Assembly: GCA_964016885.1 (NCBI GenBank)
Contig: OZ024742.1
Location: 61,628,001 to 61,692,000 of the forward strand
Direction of reading: 5' to 3'
DNA length: 64,000 nt
DNA from: Eledone cirrhosa
Lineage: Eukaryota
The notes beneath the pieces are model-generated. The model saw only the letters and a program-made list of their open reading frames with translations, did no database searches and was not told where the DNA came from. A program made the translations under genes and the position numbers. Below, one piece after another: positions 26,018-39,600 of this stretch. The first letter of the stretch is position 1. Every line of letters starts with the position of its first letter.

Positions 26018-26823
26018 GGTTATGCAAGAAATGCTTAGGATTATCCTGGATGCAGTAATGGTAAATTACTACACTGGATAGAGTTGACGTACGGTGAAGG
26101 GTTACTCAACGAGTTAAGGAAGAATAGTTGAAGAAACACAATTCCTGATCCTTCTGTATTCCGGAGTGTAGATAAAGAATGAATAATAACAGGTAGACAT
26201 CATAAAAATGTAATTTATTCCGTGTACTTACAAATGTTTCCACGGTAGTTATGCTATGTGCAAATTTATAACTATTTGCAAAACTCAATTATCAAATGCT
26301 GTGACCACTGTTTCCTCAGAGCAGAATGGTTAAAATGTAAAATGTAAATACCCTTAAGGGAAGTTATTGGGAAAGATAGAGTAGAAAAGGAAGAGAGAAA
26401 GAAGGGGAGAGGGAGAGTGAGAGAGAGATATGCAGGGGTTGGATAAATGGGAGAGAGTGGTTTGTAGAATACAGATATCTTAATCAAAATGTTGTGATAG
26501 GGGTTTTATTATACTGGAGTGTAAAACACCAAAAAACTGTGTGTCAGAATCCGTGCGCATCATTTTTACTTGTGGTATTTATCCCTGACTCATGCGTGCG
26601 AGGGAGGTCGGGTTCGAGGCAGGATATCCTCTGGGTATTCTGGTTACAAGCCGGGGTTGGGCGTTGGGGCCCGTTGGTCGGAAACCTGGGGTGCCTGTCT
26701 GCACAGAGGATAGGACTCCACCGACGTACCTCGTCTATTTATGTTATCTAGTGTCAGCTAACTTGAGTTCTGGTTAAGGAAGTGAGAGAGGGGGGTTGAC
26801 CATAGCGGTGTGAGGCATGGTTA

Positions 26824-26826
<3 letters not shown>
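26018..26826 (-). mobile_element. Non-coding PLE 3' end with long-stem-II hammerhead (26227-26322)
   Basis: Between (TA)n tracts; minus strand CT-CTGAGGA-AACAGTGGT…ACTACCGTG-GAAAC-ATTT-GTA-AG; partial second copy at 30117-30260. Confidence 0.6.
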
Positions 26827-26887
<61 letters not shown>

Positions 26888-26890
<3 letters not shown>

Positions 26891-28665
26891 GAATGTAAAA
26901 ATAACAAAATAAGATGCTGAGGTTACATATATCGTTTAATCATAATAATTATTTCCACGGTTCTCCATGCAATCGAGATGTCCTTCATGTATTTGCTGTT
27001 GATTATGAGAACGGTTTCCTCAGATGAAAAACGATATGTTTGATATGTCGCTGGCAGGAAAACACACATCCTAATGCCTGTGTGCCCAGCATATATATGA
27101 GGTCCTTGAAGGGTTTGTCAGCCGTCGTGTTTGCTAGAGAAAGCTATCAAGGAAAAAAGACGAAAAGAACGAAGAACTGTGTGCAGCCAAAACCCAGTAG
27201 ACAGTTGAAGCAATAAAAGGAGCTCTGAGTACAACAACGACAACAACAACAACAACAACAACAATAACATCAAACCGCCGACCAAAGTTGTCCACATTGG
27301 TCGCAATAGTCGTGGTGATACCACCACCATATTGACAACAACAACTAAAGCAACAGCTACAGTAAAACACTTACAACGACAACAGCAGCAACAAACAATA
27401 ACAGCAAAAACATATACCAGCGTCGTGTATACAGGACGTAGTCGTCATAGTGACGGTACCACCCTGTCGACCGTGAACAGCGATAACGCCAAAGCAATAA
27501 AAAGGAGTTAAGAGGTAGGTGGGTACACAGAGTTGGTGGTATCAATCACGATGACCATAAACAGTAACAACAACAATGGCAACGGTAACAAGCACCAACA
27601 CCGCCCATCATCCACCCCGTTCGTCGTAGTAGTGGTGGTATCATCTATGTCAGTATTAAGCCATTGGTAACACCACCACCAACAACAACAACAACAACAA
27701 CACCAGTGATGACCCCACTACGGCGGTGGCGGCAACAGGAAAAAAGCCACGCTTCCATGAAAAATAAACTAACCTCAATAGTAGTCTGTTGAAACAAGGA
27801 AGTGAAAATGGGACAGAAACAGATGGGTATTAACAAATACATTCTCAGTTAATAAAATCCTCTCTATCATTGTAAGGCACAAGGCCAGCAATGATCAAGC
27901 ATTCAGTCTCAACTACAGTGGCAACAATACTATCAAAATGGCTGTTAGGCCATGGAAGAGAGTTACGGGAAGCGAAAGTAGGGGCAGGAACAAGTAGATA
28001 AGAAACGAGAACACATATAGAGAACACAATAATAAAAGAAAGGGACAAAAATACATAAAAAACAACAGAGGAATAGGGAACAAAGGACAAGAAACATGTA
28101 CACATAGAGACTCCAGGTGTGCAAACAAGATATCCAAAGTTCGCCTGACGCTGGGGTTGCCGCGTGGCCATGCTCGGCTTCCACGGACAAGTTTACAACA
28201 GTCTTCAACCAGTACAACTACGTTGTTAGTCTGTATAGTTTGAGGAAGGTTCCAGAAGATCTGTGGAGGCAGGTGCTGAAGAGGTTACTCCTTTTATTGA
28301 TAACTTGAGCTCCCCTCTCGGTTATTTCCATAATCTCGGTGACACACAAATCGCACGAGCCATCCCCCGCCCCTTCTCTGTAGGGTTGGGCCGAGGCTAC
28401 CTTGGACCACGACAAGGTAAATTCTACGTTATCGTGTTTGAGACGCCACACTAGTTCCGAGAGTGCCACCGATTGTACCAGCGTTCCTTAAACTTATTAG
28501 CTGTGGCTCCGATATAGGTGAAGGTATGGTTGTTGGTATTCACCCTACATTCCTATACCAAGCCACTGCCGAGGCACCTACCCTCCAGGGGCAGTTACCG
28601 GGGTTTCTACAATTACAGCCCGGAGGGGTGTTGCCGCCCGGTTCTCCGGATCGCGTTGCATGATT
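26888..28665 (-). mobile_element. 5'-truncated Naiad-type PLE (GIY-YIG remnant 28218-28620, long 3'UTR, hammerhead 26940-27027)
   Basis: [42 protein letters not shown]; TCAT-CTGAGGA…GAAA-TAATTA-TT-ATGA. Confidence 0.8.
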
Positions 28666-28841
28666 CCCCGGTCCAAGATGTATACATCGCTATTTCAGAG
28701 CACCAATAAATATATATATATATGTATATATATATATGTATATATATATGTATATATGTATATAAATATATGCATATATATATGTATATATATGCACATA
28801 TATATATGTATGTATTTGTATACATGTATATGTAATAGTTA

Positions 28842-28931
<90 letters not shown>

Positions 28932-28997
28932 GTACATACATAAATACATACATACACATGCACACACATATATATATATATAATATATATATACATA

Positions 28998-29045
<48 letters not shown>

Positions 29046-29051
<6 letters not shown>

Positions 29052-29482
29052 AAGTTATATTTAAAATTGTTGGGTTACAACTAGTAAATATTTATAACTG
29101 ATATAAAAGCACTCGACAAATATTTGGAGTATATTTACAATATTAAATAAATGGAAAACTATATTTATAAAACCATATTTATTTCATTATATATATTTCG
29201 GGGATATCATATTAACAATATGCTATGCCTTCATCAGACAAAATACAATATAAACAGTTTTATAGATAAATAGATTCGACATACCGTAATAAACACCGAC
29301 TTCATTTGAAGAGGTTTACGCTAGCAGACTGCTAGCGTAAACCTCTTCAAATGAAGTCGGTGTTTATTACGGTATGTCGAATCTATTTATCTATAAAACT
29401 GTTTATATTGTATTTTGTCTGATGAAGGCATAGCATATTGTTAATATGATATCCCCGAAATATATATAATGAAATAAATATG

Positions 29483-29490
<8 letters not shown>
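29046..29490. mobile_element. Fold-back PLE end: perfect 162-bp-arm palindrome centred at 29328
   Basis: Related to the 22360-22602 end; hammerhead CTGATGA…GAAA at 29419-29460; flanked by (TA)n. Confidence 0.85.
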
Positions 29491-29530
<40 letters not shown>

Positions 29531-29534
<4 letters not shown>

Positions 29535-30096
29535 AGACGTAAGATAAGAAAATTATAAAATTAACTTACTTACTAAAATATCACTTCCAACTAATTAGTT
29601 TCTGGAATGGAGTAGATACATCTTCCGAAGAAGGTGTTGAGAAACATCCCGTCATCAGGAAAGTCTATTCTCATATAAGTTTCCAGGCAAAGCGAGGACT
29701 CTGGAAGCTTATTAAAAGATAAATCAGTGAATAGGAAATAGCAAAGCGTGGACTTACTTCCTAGCCATTGAGAAAATCACTGCCTCTGTGTCTGTGGCAA
29801 ATTCAAAAAGAATCGAACACGTGACATCGAGGTCAATCGGTGGAAAGTGGGTTGTTAATAAGACAGCGGCCAGCCTACTACCGTAGCAGCAGTCATGGCC
29901 AGTATTGCTCGACAAATATTTTGGAGATAATAATAAAGAATTTATATCTAGTAACATATATATACATACAAATGCATATCGACGCTAGCAAATATATAGG
30001 TTTTGTCTTAATAACATTGTGGTTCAATGCATGGGGTTGCAGAACAATATAAGAGACGTAAGATAAGAAAATTATAAAATTAACTTACTTACTAAA
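29531..30096 (-). mobile_element. Non-coding retrozyme-like unit with 47-bp terminal direct repeats and a hammerhead
   Basis: 29531-29577 = 30050-30096; hammerhead at 29583-29664; (TA)n flanks. Confidence 0.65.
29583..29664 (-). ncRNA. Type I hammerhead ribozyme motif
   Basis: ACTTTC-CTGATGA-CGGGATG…CATTCCA-GAAAC-TAATTA-GTT-GGAAGT. Confidence 0.75.
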
Positions 30097-30840
30097 TATA
30101 TATATATATATATATATAAAGAATGAATAATAACAGGTAGACATCATAAAAAGGTAATTTATTCCGTGGCTTACAAATGTTTCCACGGTGGTTATACAGC
30201 CTAGTTATACTATGTGCAAATTTATAACTATTTGCAAAACTCAATTATCAAATGCTGTTCTTAAAACTCATTTGTTCTTAAAACTCGCCACACGATGATA
30301 AAATACGAATTGTAATTCTTTACACTTCTCGATTCTGACACACAGGTTTTCTACTTCAGTTAATATTTTTCAAATCTTTCAAATTTTGATATTGGTTGTA
30401 ACACACACGCATTTTTTATTTGTTGGCCATCCCCCTCCACGTGAAATGGTAGCAGGATAGATGCCAGCCTACACACATAAATTCTTCAGAACATAGCAGC
30501 ACCACACTAAAGCTGACCTGCCAGTTGACCCCTTAACACCTCTACCACTACCAACACAATGGAGGAGGTCAGCTGTACTTAAACATTCGGACAAAAACAA
30601 CTATAACAGATTGACTTGCCTCAGAAAAATTTCTATAGACTTTTGACTGAGGAATGTTCTCACAACTGACCAAAGGTATGAGAGAGTGTCCTACGACGCC
30701 GAAATTCGTTTGTTCTAACCCATATGATTCCAGTTCCTCAGAGGAATAACAACACAACCAGGAGCTGGACATATCGATGTATTGACCGAGTAAAACACAC
30801 TTCAACAACATGTGTACCTGTCTTTCCCACACCAATTCGG

Positions 30841-30895
30841 ACTGCCTGAAGACGTCACAACCAATGATGGCTGTCACCGAAACATATATAGCAGT
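30841..30895 (+). ncRNA. Type I hammerhead ribozyme motif in a PLE 3' end (composite 30117-31050)
   Basis: ACTGC-CTGAAGA-CGTCACAACCA…TGGCTGTCACC-GAAAC-ATAT-ATA-GCAGT. Confidence 0.65.
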
Positions 30896-31050
30896 ATATC
30901 TATAATTTATAATAAACGAAGCCAAATTTTACATATTTGACTTAATTATTTTACATTACTCCGGAGTAAACAAACCAACCTGCGTACTTCGTCGAGTGCT
31001 CCAATCTGCATACTGAGGTGTCGGTAAACAAACAACATATACTCAAAATT

Positions 31051-31543
<493 letters not shown>

Positions 31544-32164
31544 GAGAGAGAGAGAGATGAATAAATAAATAGAATGTACACATACACACACACACACGAG
31601 GTATGTTTCATTTGTAGTACAATCTATAATAGCTTACATTTTGAAAGCAGATGGTGTTTTATATCAGCTTCTTAACAGTTAGGTTCTCACACAGGCTTTT
31701 TCATACTTATGTCACTTGTAAGATAAACTATTTATCTTATAATATCTTGAATAAAGGAAGGCTCTGATGCTCTAAAACACCTATTCTATTTTCTTCACAT
31801 AAACAATTTTAATGTCACAACAAACATAGTGTCTTTCTAAAATACTTTTTTATCAGAAAATAACTGCAAGTTCAACAACTAAAGATCTGTGGCATACGAT
31901 CCGAAATGTCACATTTCGTTATTTATATGGCCCATGGTGGGAAAAATCTTTTTGCTTCTTCTTACTAAATGTTAATTATCTTGTTTTTACGTTTTATCAG
32001 TACAACTCATCTCTCACAGAATATAGTCTGTGTATGTTAGTAATACTGATTATATACATATATATATGTGTGTGTGTGTGTACTCATGTGTATGCGTATA
32101 TATAAATGTGTGTGTAAGTAATTATGTATGTATATATGTAAAATTATAATAGTATTATTATTAC

Positions 32165-32375
32165 GGGGGCATCGGATTGGCAAAATCGTTAGAGAATTGG
32201 GCGCAATGCTTTGCAGTATTTAGATACTGCTCTTCACATTCTGGGTTCAAATCCTACCGAAGTCAACTTTGTTTTTCATCCATCCGAAGTCGATAAAATT
32301 AAGTACCAGTAAAGTACTGCTGTCGATATAATCGTCTTTCACTACCCTTAAACTGCGGGCTTTGTGGCAAAATTA
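32165..32375 (+). mobile_element. tRNA-derived SINE (array family), diverged
   Basis: Preceded by (TTA)n; GGTTCAAATCC, GTCGATAAAATTAAGTACCAGT, TTTGTGGCAAAATTAGAAATC. Confidence 0.75.
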
Positions 32376-33069
32376 GAAATCATCATCACCCTCATAATCA
32401 TCATCAGCACCAACATCATCATCATCATCATCGCCAACATCATCATCATCAGTATTATAATTATCCTTATTATTGTAACATGTTGTTTTATACATCATTA
32501 AATCAGCTAAACATTGAACGAAAGCAAGAGCAACAGCAACTACAGAAACATCAAGAAAAAGAATAAAAACATTCAAGATGTCTTCTATCTCGTTATACAT
32601 TTGAACGGTTTCTGTTTACCAATTATTGCCTTAAAGCTCTGTTTTTGTCTTAAAGCTTATAAAGTAGATAAACAAACTCCAGATACGGTGTTCATCATCC
32701 TCCTTTCTCAGCGAGTTATGTATTCTTTTACTGATTTCAGTCATTATATTACGATCATGATGTGGCACCAAATTAAAGGTATTTTAGTCGACCATATTGA
32801 CCCAATGCTTAAACAAACCTACACATACTCACATACAAACACAGACATATACACACAAACTCACGACCACAGACACACACGACCACAGACACACACATAC
32901 ACACACGCACACATGATGGTATTGTATAATCTCCACAAAAATAACAAACCACTTAACAAAAGTACTGAGTTCTTCTCGCTATGTTCTCACGTTTCTATTT
33001 ACCTTTTAAATAACTGGCGTCCTTAACATTGATTTATGCGTTTCCCCAAAAATCGTTTTGCCGTGTTTT

Positions 33070-36000
33070 CGTTCGTCGTCTTGTCTTCTGCACCCTAACT
33101 GGTAGGGTGGTCAGTCATCACCGGCCCCCACTCATCCCCTAAATCTCTCACGTGTGGCTCCAAGCGCCATGCCCCGGCACACCGCTTCAGCTGGTGGACT
33201 GAACCACGTGAGGGGGTGGTGTTGACACGGCACCACTAGGCGTATGAACTTCAACAAGGAGGCCACTGGTTAAATCAGAAGGAAATCCTCCCTCGGCCCC
33301 GGTCCAGGACTGAAGGCGACCCACACCATATTCCGTGGCCATCGGTTTGCAGTTCTACCAGAGACTACTTCATTTACTGTCTCTTTACTAAATGTCAGTG
33401 GTTGGGCTTCAGGTTAGCGACCTGTTCCCGGAAAAACTCTCCTGCTACAAAAACAATTCATAGTGCATCAGATTTAAATTCCCAGCAGTCAGGAGAACGG
33501 TTGTCTCTAACCGGAGATTGTGTGACGGGTGTCGGCGAAAGTCTCGATGAGGAAGCCGACATCCTGAGGACCAGAATTCTGTCTGCAAAAACAACCACAC
33601 GTATTGGATATTGGAACATAAGAACTCTGTACCAACCATCCAAACTTGCGCAAGTTATCGGAGAAATGGAGGCCTACAAAATTAACATCCTGGGCCTCAG
33701 CGAGGACCGCTGGACTGACTCTGGGAAGTTTGTCCATGAAAACAAGACCATCCTGTTCTCAGGCCGTCAGAACGGCACCCACCGAGATGGAGTTACAATC
33801 ATCATGGATAGGGCTGCCAGTAGTGCCCTTGAGGGGTGGACTCCTATCAACGAACGCCTAATGACAGCAAGATTCACCACATCACATGCAAAGGTCACCA
33901 TAGCTCAGTGCTATGCTCCAACCAACGAACATAACGATGATGACAAGGACGCTTTCTACCAGCAACTACAAGATGTTGTCAACAAAACCCCACGTCATGA
34001 CATCCTGATCATCATGGGAGACATGAACGCACAGATCGGGAGAAGCAGGGTTGGCTTTGAACATGTCCTTGGCCGCCATGCTTATGGAAACCGCACGGAC
34101 AACGGGAACAGGTTTGTCCAGTTCTGTGCCATGAACAATATGAAAATCGGCTCGTCACTATTTGACCAAAAGAACATCCACAAGGTCACATGGGCTTCGA
34201 ACGACCACAGGACCAAGACGCAAATAGACCACATTGCAATTGGCCCAAGTTGGAGAACTCCTTTCCTGCAGGACGTCCGAGTCTACCGGGGCGCAGATGT
34301 CTGCAGTGACCACTATCTGTCTGTTACCAAACTTAAAATCAGACTGCGAAAGCAGAAGAAGAAAGCGTTTTGACACTACCAAGCTGAAGAACGGTGTCAC
34401 AGAAGCATAATTTGAGGCTGCTTTGAGGAACAGATTTGCTGACCTTGAGGAGTCTGCACCAGGCTCGGTCAATTGGTGGGAGGAAATGAAGAAGACCATA
34501 GAAGCTGCAGGGGAAGAACTCCTGGGCTACAGGAAGTCCCTCAGAGAAGCTTGGGTCAGCGATAACACCTGGCAGCTGATTAATGAAAGGAAAGCCCTAC
34601 ACCAGCAGAGGCATGCCACTACCCCAGAGGCCATCAAGGTATATCAGCAGTATGTTGACAAGGACAAGGAGGTGAAACGCAGCGCCCAAAAGGACAAACG
34701 AATGTGGCTTGAGGGTAAGGCAGAGGAGGCGGAATCAGCTGCGGCACGCAATGACATGCGCTCTGTGTACCAAATTGCCAAGAAAATCACCGGCAGCTCT
34801 AGAGCTAACTCAGGCCCGGTGAAAGCGAAAAATGGTACGCTGCTTTCCAAGGGTGAAGAAAAGTTAGTCAGATGGACTGAACATTTCAAGGAAGTCTTCA
34901 ACCGACCGGAGCCACGTATGCCAGCAGGAACTAAGGAACCTACTAGTTTGTTGCCTATCAATACTGATGACTTCACCGAGAAGGAAGTCCGCATGGACAT
35001 CAAAACCCTTAAGAATAATAAGTCACCAGGTATTGATGGCATTTCTGCTTAAATGCTGAAGTCAGGAGGCGAAAGCATGGTCAAGTGGATGGGCCACTTA
35101 TGTAATCTTGTGTGGAACACGGGTGAAGTCCCAGAAGATTGGAGAAACGGAGCGGTTGTCTGTATCCCCAAGAAGGGCAACCTTGCCGATTGTGACAACT
35201 GGAGGGGAGTGACACTTCTCTCCTTACCAGGAGGGTCTATTGTTTGGTGATCCTGAACCGCATACGTGGCATGGTAGACCGGAAACTGCGAGAACAACAG
35301 GGATGGTTCCGACCAAAACGTTCCTGTGCAGAGCAGATCTTTACGCTACGCCGCATCATTGAGAGGTACAACGAATTCCAGAGGCCCCTCGCCATCAGCT
35401 TCATCGATTTCTCCAAAGCATTCTATAGCATTCATCGACCGTCGCTCTGGAGCATCATGCATGAGTATGGTCTGCCCCAGAAAGTCATTTCGGCAATCAA
35501 ACAGATTTACGCAAACTCCAAGTGCTGCATACGGACAAAGGATGGTTACAGTGACTGGTTCGAGGTGGTTACTGGCGTGCGTCAAAGTTTTTCGCTCTCT
35601 CCAATTCTCTTTGCCATAGCCATTGACTGGGTACTAAGAAGAGCGCCTAAAGGGTATATATTGGGTGGGAGAGCAAAGGTTTTCTGACCTGGACTTTGCG
35701 GACGATATTTCTGCACTTGCAGAGAGCACAGCTGACCTGCAAATCATTGTGAACAACATCAATGTCGAAGCAGGAAGCTTAGGAATCAATGCCAAGAAGA
35801 CCAAAAGCATGTTATCTGGGACACATCCATCACCAGCTAGTGTCTTCATTGAACAGGGGGAGGTGGAGATAGTGGACAACTTCACCTACCTAGGAAGCTC
35901 CATTAACAATGGGCGCACCATGGACAGTGAATTGCAATGTAGAATGGGAAAGGCTTCAGCAGCATTTAACCAGCTTGACAAGATCTGGAAGAGCAGGAAT

Positions 36001-36480
36001 TTCACCCTCAAAACAAAGATGAGATTCTACAACAGAAACGTACTGTCCACACTCTTGTACGGAAGTGAAACATGGCACCTTAAGACCAGCCAAGAGAAGA
36101 AGTTGGACGCATTCGATTCCAGGTGTCTGCGAAAGATCCTGGGGATTAAATGGAGTGACCATGTAACAAACCAGGAAGTCAGGAACCGCACCAACCAGCA
36201 GCTAGTCTCTTCTACCATCTGCAAGCGACGCCTGGGCTGGTTTGGACACGCTTTGAGACTTCCCCCGGAGAGACTGGCGAACCAAGTACTTAAATGGAGC
36301 CCGCAGGGAAGCAGACGGAGAGGGCGACCCAATATGAACTGGCGCCAGACAGTTGAGAGGGACCTGCGAGCGACAAACAGACAATGGCGGGACGCTGTGC
36401 AACTGGCTACTGACCGAACGCGATGGAACACTATGATTGCTTCATGCGTCGCAAGACGCGGGAGCTTCTGAGTCGTGTCT
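33070..36480 (+). mobile_element. RTE-clade LINE, near full length, disrupted
   Basis: GC-rich 5'UTR, single APE-RT ORF, very short 3' end. Confidence 0.88.
33402..36471 (+). pseudogene. RTE ORF (APE + RT) with stops and frameshifts
   Basis: GYWNIRTL, LGLSE, QCYAPTN, GDMNAQIG, QIDHI, SDH; KSPGIDG, NWRGVTLLS, FIDFSKAF, DLDFADDI, LLYGSETW, RLGWFGH. Confidence 0.9.
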
Positions 36481-36663
36481 TCTCTTTAATTTTTCTAAGT
36501 ATTTCTAAGTATTATTACTACTCTGTGACGTACGTGTTTTCTCCGGCCACCAATAGTTTCAATGATTTACATTTAACACGGTATTTTACTTACTTTTTTC
36601 CCTTTTCTTTCCTTATGTTTCATGAGGCTCTCCTTCTCTCTATCTACTTACCTATCTATCTAT

Positions 36664-36694
<31 letters not shown>

Positions 36695-36698
36695 CTCT

Positions 36699-39600
36699 GC
36701 CTGACGCGTGGAACATCGCCGGTAAGATATTTTGTAAATTTATATACGAAAAACAGAACAAATTGTTTGAAAAAGCATATTATTTCGTAGATTAACCCCC
36801 AAGCTGAATTGTCAGCTCGGTGGTAATCCCATTTTTCGCCTATTTTAAAAATTGTTTTAAAATATCAAATTTTGCCAACTATAAAACATGAATAACACGA
36901 AGGGAACGCTGGAGAGCGTCGACAGAGAAAAGAGAGAGAAACAGGCAGATTTTAACGTTATATTCTGCTTCTGCTACTATGGACGTCGCCATAGATACGA
37001 CTGTCAACAAAGGGAAAAAAATATTGCCACTTGAAAATTGTACAATTTCTACCGTCGAAGCAGAAAAAAAAATGAAAACACAGGAATTAAACCCATTAAT
37101 ATACATACACATGAAAAAAACAACATCAACAACTCCACAGATACATCTACACATAGAGTTTCACCTCGTCAAGGAACTGAGATTTCCAACACCGAGGCTA
37201 ACAACGATAACAACAACAACAACATCAAGACCACACACAAAAAAAAACAGTGAACAAAATACAAGATTTTATAAATCTTGACATCTCCAATGCAAGAGAT
37301 ATGCTCCAGCAAGGGAGAAAATTTGTAACTTTCGAAGAGAAGGGTGTGTTTAGAATTAACTCACAACTTGAAATAAAAGAAGACACAGTACGAAAGACGA
37401 GAGAGCCGATATTTGTTAGTCAAGGAGATATAGAAAATACCTTGAAAGAAATTCTAGCAAATATCGAATTTCTCCAACGAGGAAAACAGTACGGAAGTGT
37501 TTCCGTACAGTTTAAAAGCGAGGCACTCCCCCAAAAACATTCTGTGACACCAATAGTGTCAAAAGCATTGACCTTTTTCCCTCATACATGGGAAAAAGTA
37601 CACAAAAAATAAAAATAAAAAATGATTGCCTATTCAGATCACAAATTAGTCGTCTGCTTAGTCAACCGTGATAGAATACATAGACAAGGACCCGGATACT
37701 GGAAGCTGAACGTGTCGTTGCCGGCACGTAAAGCTTACAGTGAACGGATAAGTAGACTAGTCAAGCAACAGTTAACGGGAGCTATTGTCAACAATAAATG
37801 GGGGTACTCTCTCAAGAAAGCAATTAGAATAGAATCGATAGGGTTTAGCAGAGAGTTAGCCTTAGAGAAAAACAAAATAGAAAGAGAACTAGTAGCCAAG
37901 GTAGAGGATGCACTTAGAAGTGGCAACGCGACTAGAGTGTTAGCGTCGAGAACGGCACTGGGCCAGTTCTTCGATGCGAAACACGAAGGATGCGTTGTCA
38001 GAAGCAAAACACGTGCTCTAGGAAACGAAGGAGCGAAAGCTGTCAGCTGGGCCCTAGTGGCGGAGGCGAAAAGTGGCAACAAGTCCACGATTCGGTCTTT
38101 GAAAGACCAAAACGGACGCGTGCTACTTGACCCCAAGCAAATGTGCGCGGCCTTTCAGAAGCACTTTGCGCGACTGTTTGAGCAGAACGACGGTGAGCAG
38201 AACGACGGTGAGCCGAACGGGGCAATGGACTTTAATTCATACCTCAACGGCCTGCCGGGTCTCTCGAACACGGACGCCGAGTTCTGCGAAAGACTGTTCA
38301 CGGACACTGAGATACGGGACGCTCTGGGCCGCAGCGGGAAACGCAAGTCACCCGGTCTAGATGGTCAACCCTATGAGTTTTACATAGGCATGCCGGACTT
38401 GTTCTCAGGCGTCCTCGAAGCCGTCTATTGCAATTGGCAGCAGAACTGGAGAATTCCCAGTTCTGCAGGCAAGGGCGTAGTAACGCTGATCAGGAAGGAT
38501 GAGAACAAGGGGGACGAAATTAACAACTTCAGGCCCATAACTCTGCTCAACACAGAGTTAAAGATTTTGGCCAAGGTGCTAGCGACGAGGTTGGCGTTTG
38601 GCGTCGAGAACCTGGTAGGGAAAGCGCAAACGTGTGCAATCCCAGCCAGGTCCATACACGACAACCTCCACCTCATGCAATACATCATAGAGAGGGTGGG
38701 TAGTAAACCCGGCTTCGGTGGGCTTTGATTAATTTGGATCAGTCTAAGGCATTCAATAGGGTCGCCCATCGATACTTGGAAGCGGTTCTCAAGGTGGCCG
38801 GTTTCGGTCCCGTTTTCAGAGGGTGGATCGCTCACCAGCATTTGTTCGAGGCGATGCACACCAGCATCTGCTCGAGGGTCAAGGTGTACGGCTACTTATC
38901 GGAGCCGTTCACAATCATGCGTTCCATTCGACAGGGGTGCCCTCTCTCCTCCATTCTGTATGTATTGACTCTAGAGCCACTACTGCGGAAATTGGAGCTG
39001 TTTCAGGGCATCCCTCTAGATCCGGGACTGCGCAAAGCGGCGTCGGCTTATGCTGACGACATGACGGTAATGGTGTCGAGCACCTCGGAAATCGGGGTGA
39101 TCGGCAACTTACTGAAAGAATACGAAACACTGACGGGAGGAAAACTAAACACGGACAAGTCTGTCGGTTTGCAACTCGGTACGTGGAGAGGCAAACCGAT
39201 GAGGTCCGATAGCGTCGTTGGACGTTGGACGGACGGACCGGTGAAATTTCTCGGGGTCTGGTTCGGTCCAGACATCCAGGTGGAGAAAAACTGGAACGAG
39301 GTCACGGCCAAGGTGTTTTCACTCACCCAGAAGTGGTCAGAGTGCAAACTGTCCTTGAAAGGTCGAGCGGAGGTGGCGAACACTTTCATAGCGTCCGTCA
39401 TCTACTACCGCTTGACTGTCGTGCCTTGCCTCCGTGAACACCTCGCCAAGATGGAACGCATGCTCTTCCAGTTTCTGTGGAAGAAGCAGGTTCCGCTGGT
39501 GAGGAGATACGTCTGCTGCCAGCACCCTTCCAACGGAGGGCTGGTAATGCCGTGGCTGATGATGTGCAAACATGCGCTGAGGCTGCGGCATCTCCAGGTA

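Noticed and set aside
33070-33400. HDV-like ribozyme in the RTE 5'UTR
   Set aside because: GC-rich stems are present (CTCACGTG…CACGTGAG), but I could not thread a nested double pseudoknot by eye; a motif search is needed.
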